A stretch of 64,000 bases of DNA from the NCBI GenBank assembly GCA_951406725.2, contig OX597816.1, positions 174,964,001 to 175,028,000 on the forward strand, in the 5' to 3' direction. The notes beneath the pieces are model-generated. The model saw only the letters and a program-made list of their open reading frames with translations. It searched no databases and was not told the DNA's origin. Both the position numbers and the translations under genes were made by a program. Positions 38,761-52,650 of this stretch are shown here, piece by piece; within the stretch, counting starts at the first letter, position 1, and each line of letters starts with the position of its first letter. The stretch comes from Octopus vulgaris. Its lineage: Eukaryota.

Positions 38761-39120
38761 GGAGGCGCAATAGCCCAGTGGTTAGGGCAGCGGACTCGCG
38801 GTTTCGATTCCCAGACCGGGCGTTGTGAGTGTTGAGCAAAAACACCTAAAGCTCCACGAGGCTCCGGCAGGGGATGGTGGTGATCCTTGCTGTACTCTTT
38901 CACCACAACTTTCTCTCACTCTCACTCTTCCTGTTTCTGTTGTACCTGTATTTCAAAGGGCCGGCCTTGTCACTCTCTGTGTCACGAGAACTGCGTTAAG
39001 GGTACACGTGTCTGTGGAGTGCTCAGCCACTTACACCTTAATTTCACGAGCCGGCTGTTCCGTTGATCGGATCAACCGGAACCCTAGTCGTCGTAATCGA
39101 CGGAGTGCTTCCACTCCACG
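38761..39120 (+). mobile_element. tRNA-derived SINE (GGAGGCGC family)
   Basis: TSD GACAAAGT (38753-38760 / 39121-39128). Confidence 0.85.
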
Positions 39121-39262
39121 GACAAAGTGCTAGCTTCCAAATCCTGTTTTTTGATTGGGTAAAAATAATCACACTTTAACCCTTGAATATATTTTTCTAA
39201 AATTTTTCTGAAACGATCAATAACAACCCCAGATTATATACTTAGATAGCCATATTCTGATG

Positions 39263-39464
39263 CAGTGCTTTTCAAACTTTTTGCTGGAGCGGAACCCCAA
39301 GGAAACATTCCACTGGCTCGAGGAACCCCTGTGCAATAATTCAATAGTCTTATGCACACATATCTGCACAGGAGAATTAAAAATTACTGCCGATTTTAAC
39401 AGTTTTGTAAATTTTTGCGGAACCCCTGGACTGTGCTGGCGGAAACCCTAGTTGAAAACCACTG
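39263..39464. mobile_element. hAT-type MITE, 202 bp
   Basis: CAGTG(C/G)TTTTCAA TIRs. Perfect 8-bp TSD TTCTGATG. Confidence 0.9.
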
Positions 39465-39659
39465 TTCTGATGACAGTTAACAATTTTTGAATTATATTAT
39501 TAGAATGTTTTTTAATGAGACAATTTAATAAAGGCCATAAAAATTATTAGCTCTCCTTCAGAGACGGGATCCCAAAACTTGAACTAAAGATCGTTGTTTT
39601 ATGTATTTGTTCGGCAATTTCCGCATAAAATTTTTCACACACGAACCTATACATGAATA

Positions 39660-40161
39660 CCGTAAATCCTCGAGTATAGTCCGCCCTTGAGTATAATACG
39701 CAGGGAATTTTTAGCTCGTTTATATTCCTTCGTTTTACAGAGGCGAATATAATACGCACCCCTTCTCTAACTTGAGTCAAGGAGGTCTGTATAACGTCCT
39801 TGGCTTGTAAAAATGTATACGGTAACGTCCTTTATTATTATTGTACAAATAACGTGATGCAAACGTGTAGCTTTTTTGTGCATTTTGTTTGTAGAAAATA
39901 AAGAAATAACAGCAATAACGTTTAATAAATGTTGCCTAAAGCAAGTTATAGATGATTCTTTTATGACTTCATTGCTTTCAGGCTTTATTTTCACGCCCGA
40001 CATCACAAAATGCGTCTGAATAAACATTGCCGGACAGCAAATAGGGACTCGGACATTGCTTAGAAAATATTTTTCTTTTTTAACCTCATATATAGTACGC
40101 ACTAAGGGTTTTGACCTTTAAATTTTGGGTAAAAATGCGGATTATACTCGAGGATTTGCGG
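39660..40161. mobile_element. Pogo/Tigger-type MITE
   Basis: TA|CCGTAAATCCTCGAGTATA...TATACTCGAGGATTTGCGG|TA. Confidence 0.85.
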
Positions 40162-40266
40162 TACACAAATACACATGCATGCACATAAACACATCGTTAC
40201 TTACACATATATTCATACATACATACATGAAAAATTTATAAACAAGTGATTCATGAAAAAAAGATA

Positions 40267-40302
<36 letters not shown>

Positions 40303-40661
40303 AGCCCTTGTGTATCATTGCAAGTAAGAGAAAAAAAAAGAATTTTTAAGGAAATCAGTTTTGTGATACCATCTCCGAAGGATATCCAAATTATTAATGA
40401 AGGTTATCTAAGATCTCATTCAAAACATTTTTTTAAATGTGAACTAACAAGGATTCCTCTACCATAAATATTTATGTACCTCTATCTATTGTTTTCGTGT
40501 TCCCTTACGTCCAGCATTTCTATTATCGATAATGTAATACATTAAGAAATAATTTTGGCCGCAATATTTTTAACGAACATATTTCAAAGATACAAAAGTA
40601 TAAGTTAACAAGCGAAAAGATCGCTAAGCTAAAATTATCGGTGACAAGTGAAATAGGATAC

Positions 40662-40701
40662 CTGGTGGGTAGTATCGTACTAGGAACCTTTTCAGCTTCA
40701 T
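40662..40701 (-). CDS. DAW1: DAW1 (dynein assembly factor with WD repeats 1 / WDR69 / ODA16) coding exon 1
   Basis: Minus strand reads ATG...MKLKRFLVRYYPP-G followed by a GT donor. Matches the conserved DAW1 N-terminus (MKLK..LLRYYPPG). 40 nt. Confidence 0.95.
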
Positions 40702-40803
40702 TTTTGTCTCAGACACAAAGCAGATACAAAACAAACTTTAAAAGAATTTTAACTTCGTTTTCACAGAAATATTGTCAAGTGGCAACTTGCTTTGTTGGTA
40801 CCA

Positions 40804-40817
40804 GTTGCCATGGCTAC
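40804..40817. promoter_or_regulatory. RFX X-box in DAW1 promoter
   Basis: GTTGCCATGGCTAC, one mismatch from the palindromic GTTGCCATGGCAAC, about 100 bp upstream of the ATG of a ciliary gene. Additional GGCAAC half-sites lie on both sides. Confidence 0.75.
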
Positions 40818-41133
40818 TCACGGGAGGCAACTCTGAAAAACATTATACTCCTATACAAACGATAAAAAGTCTTTAAACACAATTGTACTAATTCCTTTCT
40901 TTCAACTTTCAAAGTATACCCGATCCGTCAATAACGACGATGGGTGTTTTACTAAACTTTGTGATAATTACATTTTGGCTTACATGTATGAATTTCAGAC
41001 TTTTTCAGTTAAAAAATGTACATGGCGAAAGTTGCTAGTGAGGATATAAATACAAGGATGTCAATAAAAATGCCGAAATAACAGGAAATTAAGGAAATTA
41101 TAATTATCACTTCTGAACTATTATACTGGTTTG

Positions 41134-41528
41134 ATTACTCTTTTACTTCAATCATTTGACCGCGGCCGTGCTGGAGCACCGCCTTTAGTCGAGCAAATCG
41201 ACCCCGGGACTTATTCTTTGTAAGCCCAGTACTTATTCTATCAATCTCTTTTGCCGAACCGCTAAGTGACGGGGACGTAAACACACCAGCATCGGTTGTC
41301 AAGCAATGCTAGGGGGGCAAACATAGATACAGACACATATACATACATATATATACATATATACGACAGGCTTCTTTCAGTTTCCGTCTACCAAATCCAC
41401 TCACAAGGCATTGGTCGGCCCGGGGCTATAGCAGAAGACACTTGCCCATGATGCCACGCAGTGGGACTGAACCCGGAACCATGTGGTTGTTTAGCAAGCT
41501 ACTTACCACACAGCCACTCCTGCACCTA
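41134..41528 (-). mobile_element. tRNA-derived SINE (GCAGGAGTGGCTG family)
   Basis: Reverse complement of the 29341 and 44460 copies. Confidence 0.85.
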
Positions 41529-41816
41529 TGATTGTTTATAATATGTACAAAATGTAGTCAACAAATCACTCATTATTCAAGATTATGTTATTTTCTATGA
41601 AAAATGTTCTACCTAATTTCAAAAATGTTCATATATTCAGATCTACTAAAATATATGCATATTTACACAGCGATCTTTCGGAGTTAGTAACAAGACTGAC
41701 ACGGCGACACATGGTAAACGATCTTATAAACAGGTTACATACATTTTCTAAAGGTTTTCAAGAGAGAGCCGGTTTAGTTTATGCAAAGATTTCACATTTA
41801 AAACATATCTGACATT

Positions 41817-43284
41817 CACTGAACCACAAAAGAAACGCGAGATGTGTGTGACTGAAATATGTTTTAATTTCATTGTCAGAGATAAATTTCGATAAATCTG
41901 ATAAAGTGAATTTCTTGGAGGCACTTTGGCCATAGTCTATGGGTTGTTGTCATGTGTTCTGGTAGTGGACGGATCTAGCACATCGAGATTGTAGGGCGTG
42001 ACATGTTCAATACCGTGTATACCCTCCCTGGGTGTTCAAAATGGCCATACACCATCAGTACATGGAGTGCACGACTCGGTTCACAAGACCCATTGGCACC
42101 TGTGCCCACACCCTGAGGAAAGCTCCCTTCAGTTCCACATGAGTTGTTGGCCTTAGGACCACCTGGTTCAGCCATCTCTGGATTTCATCTCGCAGGTGTT
42201 CAATTGGGTTCAAATCTGGGCTGAGAGCATGGTTCTAATGTTATACTGACACGGGTAGTCCATGGTGACGCTGGCTGTGTGGAAGGGAGTATTGACCTGC
42301 TAGAACACATAGCTACGGTGCTGCGCGAAGAAGGGCATGATGTAAGGTCTTAGAATCTAGTCAATGTAGCACTGTGCTGTGATGCCATTCCCTCTGCATG
42401 CACCAACATTTTGAAACACATGGGACCCAATTCTCTGATTCAGGTCGATAGCACCCCAAACCATGATGCTTTGGTCACCCCACATGTCTCTCTCCAAGAC
42501 ATATGCCTCTCTGTAGTGTTCACCCTGACTCTCATCAGAGAAGACTATCAACCTCCATTGTTGATGCCATTAATGTCAGTGCTATGTAGCCGACTGTAGT
42601 CGTGCCTGATGGTGGCAAGTGGTGAGGACAAGACCTTGAGCAGGCCGACAGTAACACAGGTTGTTGGCAGCCAGTCAATGTTGTACTGTGTCGCCACTGT
42701 CCAGTGCCAATGATCTCGTGAGCTGTCATACTGGTCAGTCTGAAGCAATCACGGAGGTGTTGCAGGTGGATGAAGCAGTCCTGCTTGGGCGTGGTTACCT
42801 AGGGACGCCTTCTGCGGGCATGGTTTACAGTGCTGTTGGTGTTGTCATATTGCTGTTGCAGGCGATAGATGGTTCTGACATGGACATTGTAAACTTTTGC
42901 AACAACCAAGGCATGCTGCCCTGTTTGCAATCAGCTGATAGCTTGTTCTCTCCGTGCTGCTGACAATTCGGTCATACAGGATGCTTCCAAAATATGAATG
43001 CCAGGAACACAGTTCAAGTTGATTTTTATACCCATAACTTCCATGAGATGCATGTGCATTTTGGTTTTCATGACAATTGTTTGCAACTGCCACCCACAGC
43101 ATTCAGTGCAGCTGCGTTTTGGCATCTCATTTCAGGGAAAGTTGAAAGGTTACCTGTAGTTTGGGTCTCAGTCATAAACCACTATGTCTTGGAATATTTA
43201 CACTTACATCCCCGAAATGAATTTTCAGAATTTACCATATAAAAATGACATTTGAAAAAATTGCATTTCTTTTACAGTTCACTG
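41817..43284 (-). mobile_element. Tc1-like transposon, decayed transposase
   Basis: CAGTGAAC-type TIRs with TA. Motifs IVFSDES, SIMVWGAI and SPDLNPIEHL. Confidence 0.85.
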
Positions 43285-43317
43285 TATTCTGTGCAAAAGC
43301 TACAAATGTTCATAATC

Positions 43318-43510
43318 ATCATCATCATTATCATCGTTTAACGTCCGTTCTCCATGCTAGCATGGGTTGGACGGTTCAACAGGGGATCTGGGAAGCCAGA
43401 AGGCTGCACCAGGCTCCACTCTTATCTGGCAATGTTTCTACAGCTGGATGCCCTTCCTAACGCCAACCACTCCGTGAGTGTAGTGGGTGCTTTTTACGTG
43501 CCACCTGCAC
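43318..43510 (-). mobile_element. 3' fragment of the (GAT)n-tailed SINE
   Basis: catcatcgtttaacgtccgttctccatgctagc... Confidence 0.8.
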
Positions 43511-44459
43511 AGTCATTATTCACATTATTCACATCCACTGTAAAATTCCTGAAGAACAATATTTCTTGGATAGACAAGATCACACCTTGGCTTTCTGAAT
43601 TTTCAGTTTGAAATTTCTAGTTATTTCTGGTCTTATTAAGTTGATATGATCCAGCAGTACTTGGACATTTTCCTCTTAGGGCTAGAGTATGAAGGTGTCA
43701 TCAACATATTAGTTCGCAGCAGCAACTGTTTTTTGAAACCTCATATTGTCGTTAATTGCTTGAAATTTGGAGTAGATGAACAGCTGACAACTGATGCAGG
43801 GTCGTTCTTTATGTTACATGTCTTGTTTTCCATTTGTTTCTCTCATTGTTTGCATACTCAACATTATTTTCGTATTTCATGTTGTTTACGTTTTGTGATA
43901 TCCTCTACCCATATATGCATATATATCTATACATATAAATTTGGCATGGGCGATTCTATCTTGTCTTGGGATTCACAGTCAAACAGCTGGGTGGAATTGC
44001 GTGAAAAATTACACAGATGTGTAGAATGATCCAGTGGTGTTGCTGGACTTTGTATTTTTTCAAAGCTCCCATGGTTACTGAGATAATCTACTATAATGAT
44101 ACTCTTGTGTTTATGAATGAGAAAGGAAGGGGTGACAGATGAATGAGGAAGGAAGAAAGAGGTGAGCGTCAGTGGATTTGGTTGACGGAAACTGAAAGAA
44201 GTCTGCCCTGTGTGTGTGTGTGTGTGTGTATTTGTGTCTGTGTTTATTTTCCCCCACCATCGCTTAGAAACTGATGCTGGTGTGTTTACATCCCCGTAAC
44301 TTAGTGGTTCAGCAGAAGACATCGATAGAATAAGCACCAGGCTTACAAAGAATAAGTCCAGGGGTTGATTTTATCAACTGAAAGGCAGTACTCCAGCATG
44401 GCCACACTAAAATGACTGAAAAAAGTAACAGAGCAAAAGAGAAATATATATATATATAT

Positions 44460-44870
44460 AGGCGCAGGAGTGGCTGTGTGGTAAGTAGCTTGCTAACCAA
44501 CCACATGGTTCCGGGTTTAGTCCCACTGCGTGGCATCTTGGGCAAGTGTCTTCTGCTATAGCCCTGGGCCGACCAATGCCTTGTGAGTGGATTTGGTAGA
44601 CGGAAACTGAAAGATGCCTGTCGTATATATGTATATATATATGTGTGTGTGTATGTGTTTGTGTGTCTATGTTTGTCCCCCTAGCATTGCTTGACAACCG
44701 ATGCTGGTGTGTTTACGTCCCCGTCACTTAGCAGTTCGGCAAAAGAGACCAATAGAATAAGTACTGGGCTTACAAAGAATAAGTCCCGGGGTCGATTTGC
44801 TCGACTAAAGGCGGTGCTCCAGCATGGCCGCAGTCAAATGACTGAAACAAGTAAAAGAGTAAGAGAGAGT
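44460..44870 (+). mobile_element. tRNA-derived SINE (GCAGGAGTGGCTG family); an older partial copy lies just upstream (44170-44430)
   Basis: Sequence identity with the other copies. Confidence 0.85.
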
Positions 44871-44888
44871 ATATATGTTCTTTCTCTA

Positions 44889-44966
<78 letters not shown>

Positions 44967-45889
44967 ACAAAAAAAAAATGTAACAAGAATGTAACAGGCG
45001 AAAACAAAACATCTGGACAGTTAGACAGTATAAAAAAGGATGGGTCATTCAGAGCTTTCTGTTAGTCGAGTTCCAGATCATCATTGCAGTTTCAGCCTGT
45101 TACACTCGAAACTGCTCCAATCTGGCTGGCCCAAGAAAATCTAAACTAAGAGCACTAGATTCTTTGGAAGAAAGCAAGCGAATGTTTACGAAAACAAGGA
45201 CCAAAAAATCATAGAAATGGTACACAATTACAAATACAAACAACATCACATTAACAACAGGTGTTTTTCGACTAAGGACGAATTAAATTAAGATGACATA
45301 TGTGGAAGTGAAGCCTTATAGCAGGAACATAAGAGATGAAAATCATGGGAAGGAACATAAGAGATGCTACACAGATGGTAGTCGAACCAAGAAAGAAAGG
45401 TCAGGCTTGGCAGAACACCGGTTACATGGAAGGAGAGGAGAGAGGTAAGGGGCAGAGGGATTGAAGAATTAGGGAGAGATGAGAAAGAGAGAAAAAGGAA
45501 GGAAAGGGGCAAAGTGAGGTAAAGAGAAGAGAAAATGAAGAGAGTGAAGGGAATTTATGGGGGAGCAGAGGGGGCAATTGCCCAGGCTTATAGATATTGG
45601 GGGCCCCCTGTTAAGAAGAGTATGTAGCACTGAATACAGGGTGGGTCTTCCTACTTCCCAGGAATTCAGGCAGGAAGAGGTCCACTTTCAATATATAAAG
45701 GGGTCTTGACTTCTTAAAAAATGTAATGGATCTTCCTTTTATGATAAATAAAAATAGATTTTGCCACCTTAGAGACACCAATTAGAATTAAAAAACAGTT
45801 TATACTCAGTCCCACCCAAAGGAATTGTAGCTACTTTTGGGACAACAGAGAAAATGGAAACAACAGAACACTTTTGACAATGAAGAATG

Positions 45890-46900
45890 GGATCATGTGG
45901 TGTGATGCCAGCAGCATAGCAACGGGAGTTGTCCTGGCAATTGGAGGTGTCATGGTGGAGGATATGGCCTGGCTCAGGAAGAAGGACGACTGCAACCACA
46001 TCAATGTGGCAGAGCTGGATGCTGTGTTGAAGGAGCTGAACCTGGCCTTGAGGTGGGGGCTGCATACCATTGAGATCTGGACTGATTCAGATGGGTGGGA
46101 TCAGTGGTCACCAGCGAGCAGAGAGTGCAAACCAAAGGGGATTATAAAATGCCGTTTGGGAATTCTGGGTGAGCTAGCTGCTAAGTTTGACCTGAGGTTG
46201 AGTGTGGTTTTTGTGCCCTCTGAGAGGAACAGAGTGGGCTTCCTGACCAGAATAAAGAAAGTGTGGTTGCAGATGCCAGAGGATCTAGAGCAAGGCTGCA
46301 GTGTATCCACTGAGTGACTCGGAGCTGAGGAGATTGCATACCATGCATCACATGGGGGTCAACAGGACCCTGTTTCTTGCCAGGAAAGTTGACTTTGACA
46401 TGACCAGGCAGAGTGTGCAAAGAGTAGTTGGGAGCTGCGACAGGTGCCAGTCCATTGACCCTGCTCTGGGTGTGCAGGAGGCAGGGAGCATTCCAGTGGA
46501 ACACAACTGGAAATGACTGGCAGTGAACATGATGCACTACCAGCAGGGGACGTACCTCTCGATGGTCGACTGCAGACCAGGGCAGTTGGCCATATGGAGG
46601 GAGATGAAGGCAGGGATCACGGAGGAAATCACAAAAATACTAAATGAGATATTTCTTGAATGAGGCCCCGTGGATGAGCTGCTGGTGGACAATGGCACTG
46701 CATTTCGCTTGGAGGTGCTGGGGGAAATGCTCAGCAAGTGGCATGTTAACTGTTTCTGTTTCTGGTAATGGGGTTGTGGAGAGGCATCATCGCACCATCA
46801 AGACCATAGCAGAGAGGGGCCACATCTCACCAGTCGAGGCCATTTTTGGGTATAATATGTTGCCCAAGTCGGGACAGGCTGAGGAGTGAGTGCCACATGG
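45890..46900 (+). mobile_element. Gypsy RNase H-integrase fragment, same lineage as the 32106-35945 element
   Basis: WCDASSIATGVVL, HINVAELDAVLK, HHMGV...CDRCQS (HHCC), GNGVVERHHRT. Confidence 0.85.
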
Positions 46901-46904
46901 AGAA

Positions 46905-47065
46905 ATGAGAACCCAGGTTTGAAATTTCCCCAAGACACCTGAAGGAGGCTGGAAGGTATATCAGCTGAAATGTTGTGTTAACAACAAACAAGATGAAGAC
47001 AAATATCCGTCAAATTAAATAATGTAAATAATGTACATAATTCCTCATCTCTTAAATATAGAATT
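46905..47065 (+). mobile_element. Penelope-type terminal repeat with a degenerate minimal hammerhead
   Basis: gacac-CTGAAGGA-ggctgg...tcagct-GAAA-tgtt-gtgtt at 46934-46979. Confidence 0.5.
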
Positions 47066-48134
47066 GTATTCAACAGTCAATCAAACAGTCAATTCAACAG
47101 CTGATGGAGAGATCAGTGAATCAAAATTAAAGATGTCTTTAAAGATTGCCTTCAACTGGTAATGTGGATTGCTTGTCTCTAGCAAGTGTTGAAACCATCT
47201 GTCATAATAAATGTTTGTAGCCTGAGATTTGGGTGAGTTGAGCTCAAGTCCAATTCCCAACAAGGCGGGGATTGCAGATACATTCATCAGGTCTGGCTTT
47301 TGTCACATCATCTAAATTCCAGACACTGAAAAGTACTGCGCTGCACGAGTCACACAAAATGCAAACAGAAAAGGGCCTAGGAAATTATCTGTTGGATGCC
47401 AGAGCAACATGCTATAATGAGACGGTGAGCTGGCAGAAACTTTAGCACACTGGGTGAAATGCTTAGCGATATTTCATCTGTCTTTACGTTCTGAAGTCGA
47501 TTTTGCCTTTCTTCCTTTCGGAGTCAATAAATTAAGTACCAGTTGCATACTGAGGGTGATCTAATCAACTGGCCCCCTTCCACAAAATTTTGAGCCTTGT
47601 GCCTAAAGTAGAAAATAATATTGGTGGTGTCTGTGGTTAGACAGACAAAACTTGACTTATTTCCAGCATGTCTTGATGTATGCAGTTCAATACCTTCTTT
47701 AATCCAAGCTTACATTAGCACAAGAACCAAAATTTGTTGTGGGATAAGAGGTCGTACTGATGTTGCCTTCTACTGTCGCCAGGCCAAGCTGAAGCTACCT
47801 TTCAAGTTCATTGTTGAGGAAAAGTAAGGCTCTTGACTATGCTTGAAAACTTCATGTGAAACAGATCTTCCTTACACAGGTGGAAAAATAAAAATAAGAC
47901 ATGTTTTTTCTTTTGTACTTTAGTGAATTAATTTCAAATTGTATTATTACTGTCCAATGATTTCAAAATACAATAATATGTGTTGAAAAACAGATTATCA
48001 CAAATTATTTCAAACAACATTATTACATATTCCAAAATATATTATCATATCCAAAATACATTAATACAATCAAATCATTTCAAGATTATGGATTCCAAAG
48101 TTCATTTAGATAACTTCAAAATACCTTATTAAAC

Positions 48135-48600
48135 TCTTCAAAGTCCAATGTAGGTTGTGCAAATCAAAAGAGGAAAAGGTTATTCATATAGTAAGTGGAT
48201 GTAGTAGTATGCTGGCAGAGAAAGAATACAAGAAAAGACATGACAACCTAGGGAGAGTAATCCACTTGGAGTTATGTAGAAAGCTAGGATTGGAACATAC
48301 TGATAAATGGTATGAACATGAACCTAGTAAAGTACTAGATAGTAAGAAATATAAGATGTTGCAAGACTTTAACATGCAGATGGACAGAGCAATGGAAGCT
48401 AGAAGGCTGATTTACTCTTGTAGTTACAGGTGCATTAGGAACTATTCCTAAAGATCTGAACAGATGGATAGAGGAAATAGGCATAAAAACCAGTTTAGTA
48501 CAGCTTCAGAAAACAGTGTTATTAGGGACAGCTAGGATACTTAAGAGGGTTCTTGGCATCTAAGGTCACTTGTTGTAGCCTGATGTAAGGAATTTTTCTT
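48135..48600 (+). mobile_element. R4/NeSL-like non-LTR element C-terminus (CCHC + restriction-like endonuclease remnant)
   Basis: CRLCKSKEE...HIVSGC...YKKRHD...WYEHEP..V...DFNMQMDR..EARR; terminal QKTVLLGTARILKRVL. Confidence 0.75.
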
Positions 48601-50387
48601 TTTCAACAGTCTAATCATCATCATCATTATTTCTAATTTAGATATAAAGCCAGTAACTTTTGTAAAGAGAAGGTTATTGACTCTAACACTTGACTAATAC
48701 ATATGTGTTCATACACACATGTATATAGATACATACATATATTTACTAAAGATCTCTTCAACACAGAGAGACAAGGCTCGACTGGCTCCTGTGCCAGTGG
48801 CACGTAAAATGCACCAACCAATAGTAATCAATGCTAGTACCACCTGACTGGCGCCTTGCTCATCCCAAACAACCAAGCAAAATGTTGGTGAATAGCCTTT
48901 TGCATCTCCTCTTGTCCTTTGATTGTATGCTCCTGCTTGTCAATCAAAGTCTTTATAGAGGTTTCTCTGCCTCTCCGACTCTCCACACGATGGGCCCATC
49001 AGGCAATGTTAATACCTTCTCTACCCACCACACATAACTTAGCACTGACTTTACACCCTTTGTGTTTGGCTTTGAGATGATGGAATAACACCGCTCTCGC
49101 TACTATCACTCTGGATGAAGAGCAGCTGTAGTGGTTAAAGGTGTATCAGAAGGTATTGGGGTAAACAGAGGCATTAGGCCTGTGGATGCCTTCGAAGAAA
49201 ATAATTGAATGACATTGATTTACAGTTTAAATAATTTATTTACTGTATTTGCATTATTTGTTGGTATTCACAATTCTTCACTACATGTATTTGTTTACAA
49301 CTGCTACAAGTGGAGAGGAATAAAAACAGGGTGCACCTGTGTAGGTGATGTGTTAGAAATGAATATGTTTGTACCTGTGCGTGTGTCGTTTATCTGAGAA
49401 AGTTGTCTGCCATGTCCCTTCGTTCAAACCTTTCCCACACTCTCTGTCTTTCTGCTTCTTGAACCTTTCAGTCTGTGTCCTAGGCCTTTCTTGTCTGTCC
49501 CTCTGCTGATCATGGTATTTATAATAGCTGTGGCAGCTAGGACAGACATACTGCAGGAGAGATTGTGTCTAAATAAATGGACTCCTGTCCATTTGAACTT
49601 TGCCTGACTTGGCTGAGGTCGTAGGTCAAAGGGAGATGATTTATGATTTTTTGACAGGACAAAGAAAATCTTTTTTTTTGCACCTGTTCGTCATGGTAGT
49701 TTAGATGAGCAAGAATCCTTAGATTTGGTTTCAAATCTAAGCTTGGAGAAGGGAAGTGTTAATTTTTACACAGCCATCAAGCCTGCAAAGACCATAGGCA
49801 CAGCTCTTGCCTTTCACCTCAGAAGGAATGCAAAAGCCAAGGATACAGCCCCTTCATCCAGCCAACTTGTTCAAATAAAACAGAAAAAACTTAAAAAAAA
49901 CAAAAACAGCAGCTTTTGCTATTCTTGTGAATTAATAAGCTGTATACTATATCAAACTGAGCCCACATCATCATCTTTAACATATCTCACTAAATATTTT
50001 ATCCAATCATTTGTCTCTAGAATGGCAACCCCTACAAGGAATCACTGTTTCTTAAAACATTAATTTACAGAAGTTACAAAAACATCATCTACATTCACAG
50101 TTTGGGAAAGCCTGCAGATGTTCTCTGAACACCATTTTTTTCTCTTGTTCACACTAAATAATAGTACTAATAAGAATTTCTAACAAAGGGATAAAGCAAG
50201 AAATTTTATAGGAGGACACAGTCAGCTATATTGACCCAGCATTTACTTATCTGGTATTTTATTTCATTGCCCTCAGAAACATAGAAATGTGAAGTAAAGT
50301 GTGTTGTCACTGCTAAACCTTTCATGACTTAATTTCTGATAGGTAATCTGTTTCAATTAATCTTTAGTGCCACTTTAGCATACATTA

Positions 50388-51030
50388 TGTAGTGGATGTT
50401 GCATACATGAAGTGGATTCGATTCACCACAGCCAAATTTAAATTAACACTGCAACAGAACTTTTCCCACAATGGAACAATGGTTTTTCTCTGGCTGCAGT
50501 TTTACATTTTCCAGATGCCTTTAGCTAGGCCGAAATAATGCCTTCACTTCTACTTCACCAAAAGCTAGAATAGAGATAACAAGATTACCAACTAAATCTA
50601 TTGTTCTCAATGATATAATCTATCCTTCTGGATAGTTATAAAAGCAAGAACACCACAAACAAAACTCAGTTAGTCACAGTTGGTGACAACTCAATGAAGT
50701 CTGGCTGACCAGCTAGAGAATTGAAATTTACTGTCAGCAGCTGTGAAACAATGTCCCACAACCCTACAACTTTCACTAGCTCTAATTCTGTTCTTTTACA
50801 ACATCATCTTTTGCTATCTGTGGATTACTACTAACTATTCGTATACGCCAAACTATGCAAAGAAACATTCCACTGTATCTTTCTTTCGCATGCTTTTGGA
50901 TTTATCATAACCTGTCCATTGAGGCAAGGTATCTGTAACGTAATGATAAATAAATATTTCTTTAAAATGTCATACATTGTTCATCTTTCACATCCTACTG
51001 TATGCAATTATAACAACAAATTTTTATTGT
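50388..51030 (+). mobile_element. Second, 3'-eroded copy of the 774-bp solo LTR
   Basis: Collinear similarity with 54008-54781, starting TGTAGTGG. Confidence 0.75.
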
Positions 51031-52166
51031 TACAAGTATATGTGTCCACTTACACTTTAGCATGCTATCTAACCCTAATTCTAAATTATAGCTATAACCC
51101 TAACCTAACTATATAATGAGGCATGTATACAATGTAGACAAAAGGAAAAACAATACAAACAGATAAAGATTAAATCAATTTTAATGTAGGATATTAATCT
51201 TTGAAATGCACTGTAAGATTTCATGGCAGTACATACACAGTTCAGGCAGAGGTGCATATGAAAAACTAACCAGGCAGGTGAAATACATACAAATTAACGC
51301 AGGCAAATAAACAAAATTAGTGAAAATAAACCTTGAAATTAACGCAGGGAAGTAAGCAAAAATGGTGGAAATAAATCACGAAATTAACGCAGGAAAGTAA
51401 ACAAAAATAAAATAAAACAGAGTGGTGAAAATAATCACAAGCAGTAAGTAAAAATATTCAAAAATACAGCAGCTTAGCTAAAAAAAACCATCCAAATAAA
51501 CCACACACAGTTGAAAAATGCATTTCGTAGAGATTAAACCCGGAAGTTGTTGCTCTTCCACGAACAGAAGTACATTTCTTCAGCTAAATACATGTCATTG
51601 ATTGGTTAAAATTACCCAAATACAACTTTAACACAAAATAATTTCTAAAATACGAAATTTTGTCAAAAACGTTCAGAGTAAACTGTGTTTTACGTGAGAA
51701 AGTCTCCCAGTATTTGAAGTTTCAAACTGTTTAGTTAAAAAAAAATCTGTGATTGAAACTGAATGGATCCTTAATTTTTTCAATTGTGTTCTCTGTTTTG
51801 TCCAATTTTAAAATTTAATTTTGTAAAGCAGTAAACACTGTGAAGGCAATAAAGTATATAGCTATATCTGTATATATAAAAGGCAGGGTGTGTGTGTGTA
51901 CGTGAATGTAGTTTATGCACGTCCACAAATAAGCACGCATGTTGCTCCAATTTTAGGAGGACATTCGTCACGATTCTAGCTGTATTTTCATCAAATTATT
52001 TTCTCCTAAACACCCGTGGGTAGCGGTAAAAATCGATTTTCAACCTTAACTTTTACCAATTTTGAAGTTTGCTAACATGAGTTAAGTCTCTTCTTGTCCA
52101 CAGTGAAGTGAAAATGTGTGTGTTTGTGTGAGGGAGGAAGGGAGAAGTTGTGTGTTGATGTATGCA

Positions 52167-52202
<36 letters not shown>

Positions 52203-52650
52203 TAAGTGACAGCGTTCACCAAAAATAAAAAAGTAAAATGTTTTTCTTTTCTTAAATACGAGATATAGTATTCAAATTTAGGATGTTTTTGAAAGACACT
52301 ATATTTTATAATCAGATTATATATACTTTCTCACACAACAATTAAAGTATATTTATTTTAAATCGTTCATGTTTCTCCCACCTCTCACACACACATTACT
52401 TTGGGCGCGAAAGTGTTTTGTTTTTATTTTATGCCGAGGAAAAAAGTGTTTTGTTGAGAATTCATTTATCTAGCAACATAGAAACAAAGAGGTAGGTAAG
52501 AATTTGTCAGTGAATTACACAATATAAATGGGTAAAATTTCCGAGGCTCACCCCACCCCACCCCGTTAATCGGACCACAAAAAGGGTTTTGTGGCATATT
52601 AGGAGGCCAGGGTAGTTGATTCCATGCAAAAAATCCGTGCGAGTGTTATC

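Noticed and set aside
48920-49930. Possible coding or TE remnant
   Set aside because: Too degenerate to assign by eye; a translated homology search is needed.
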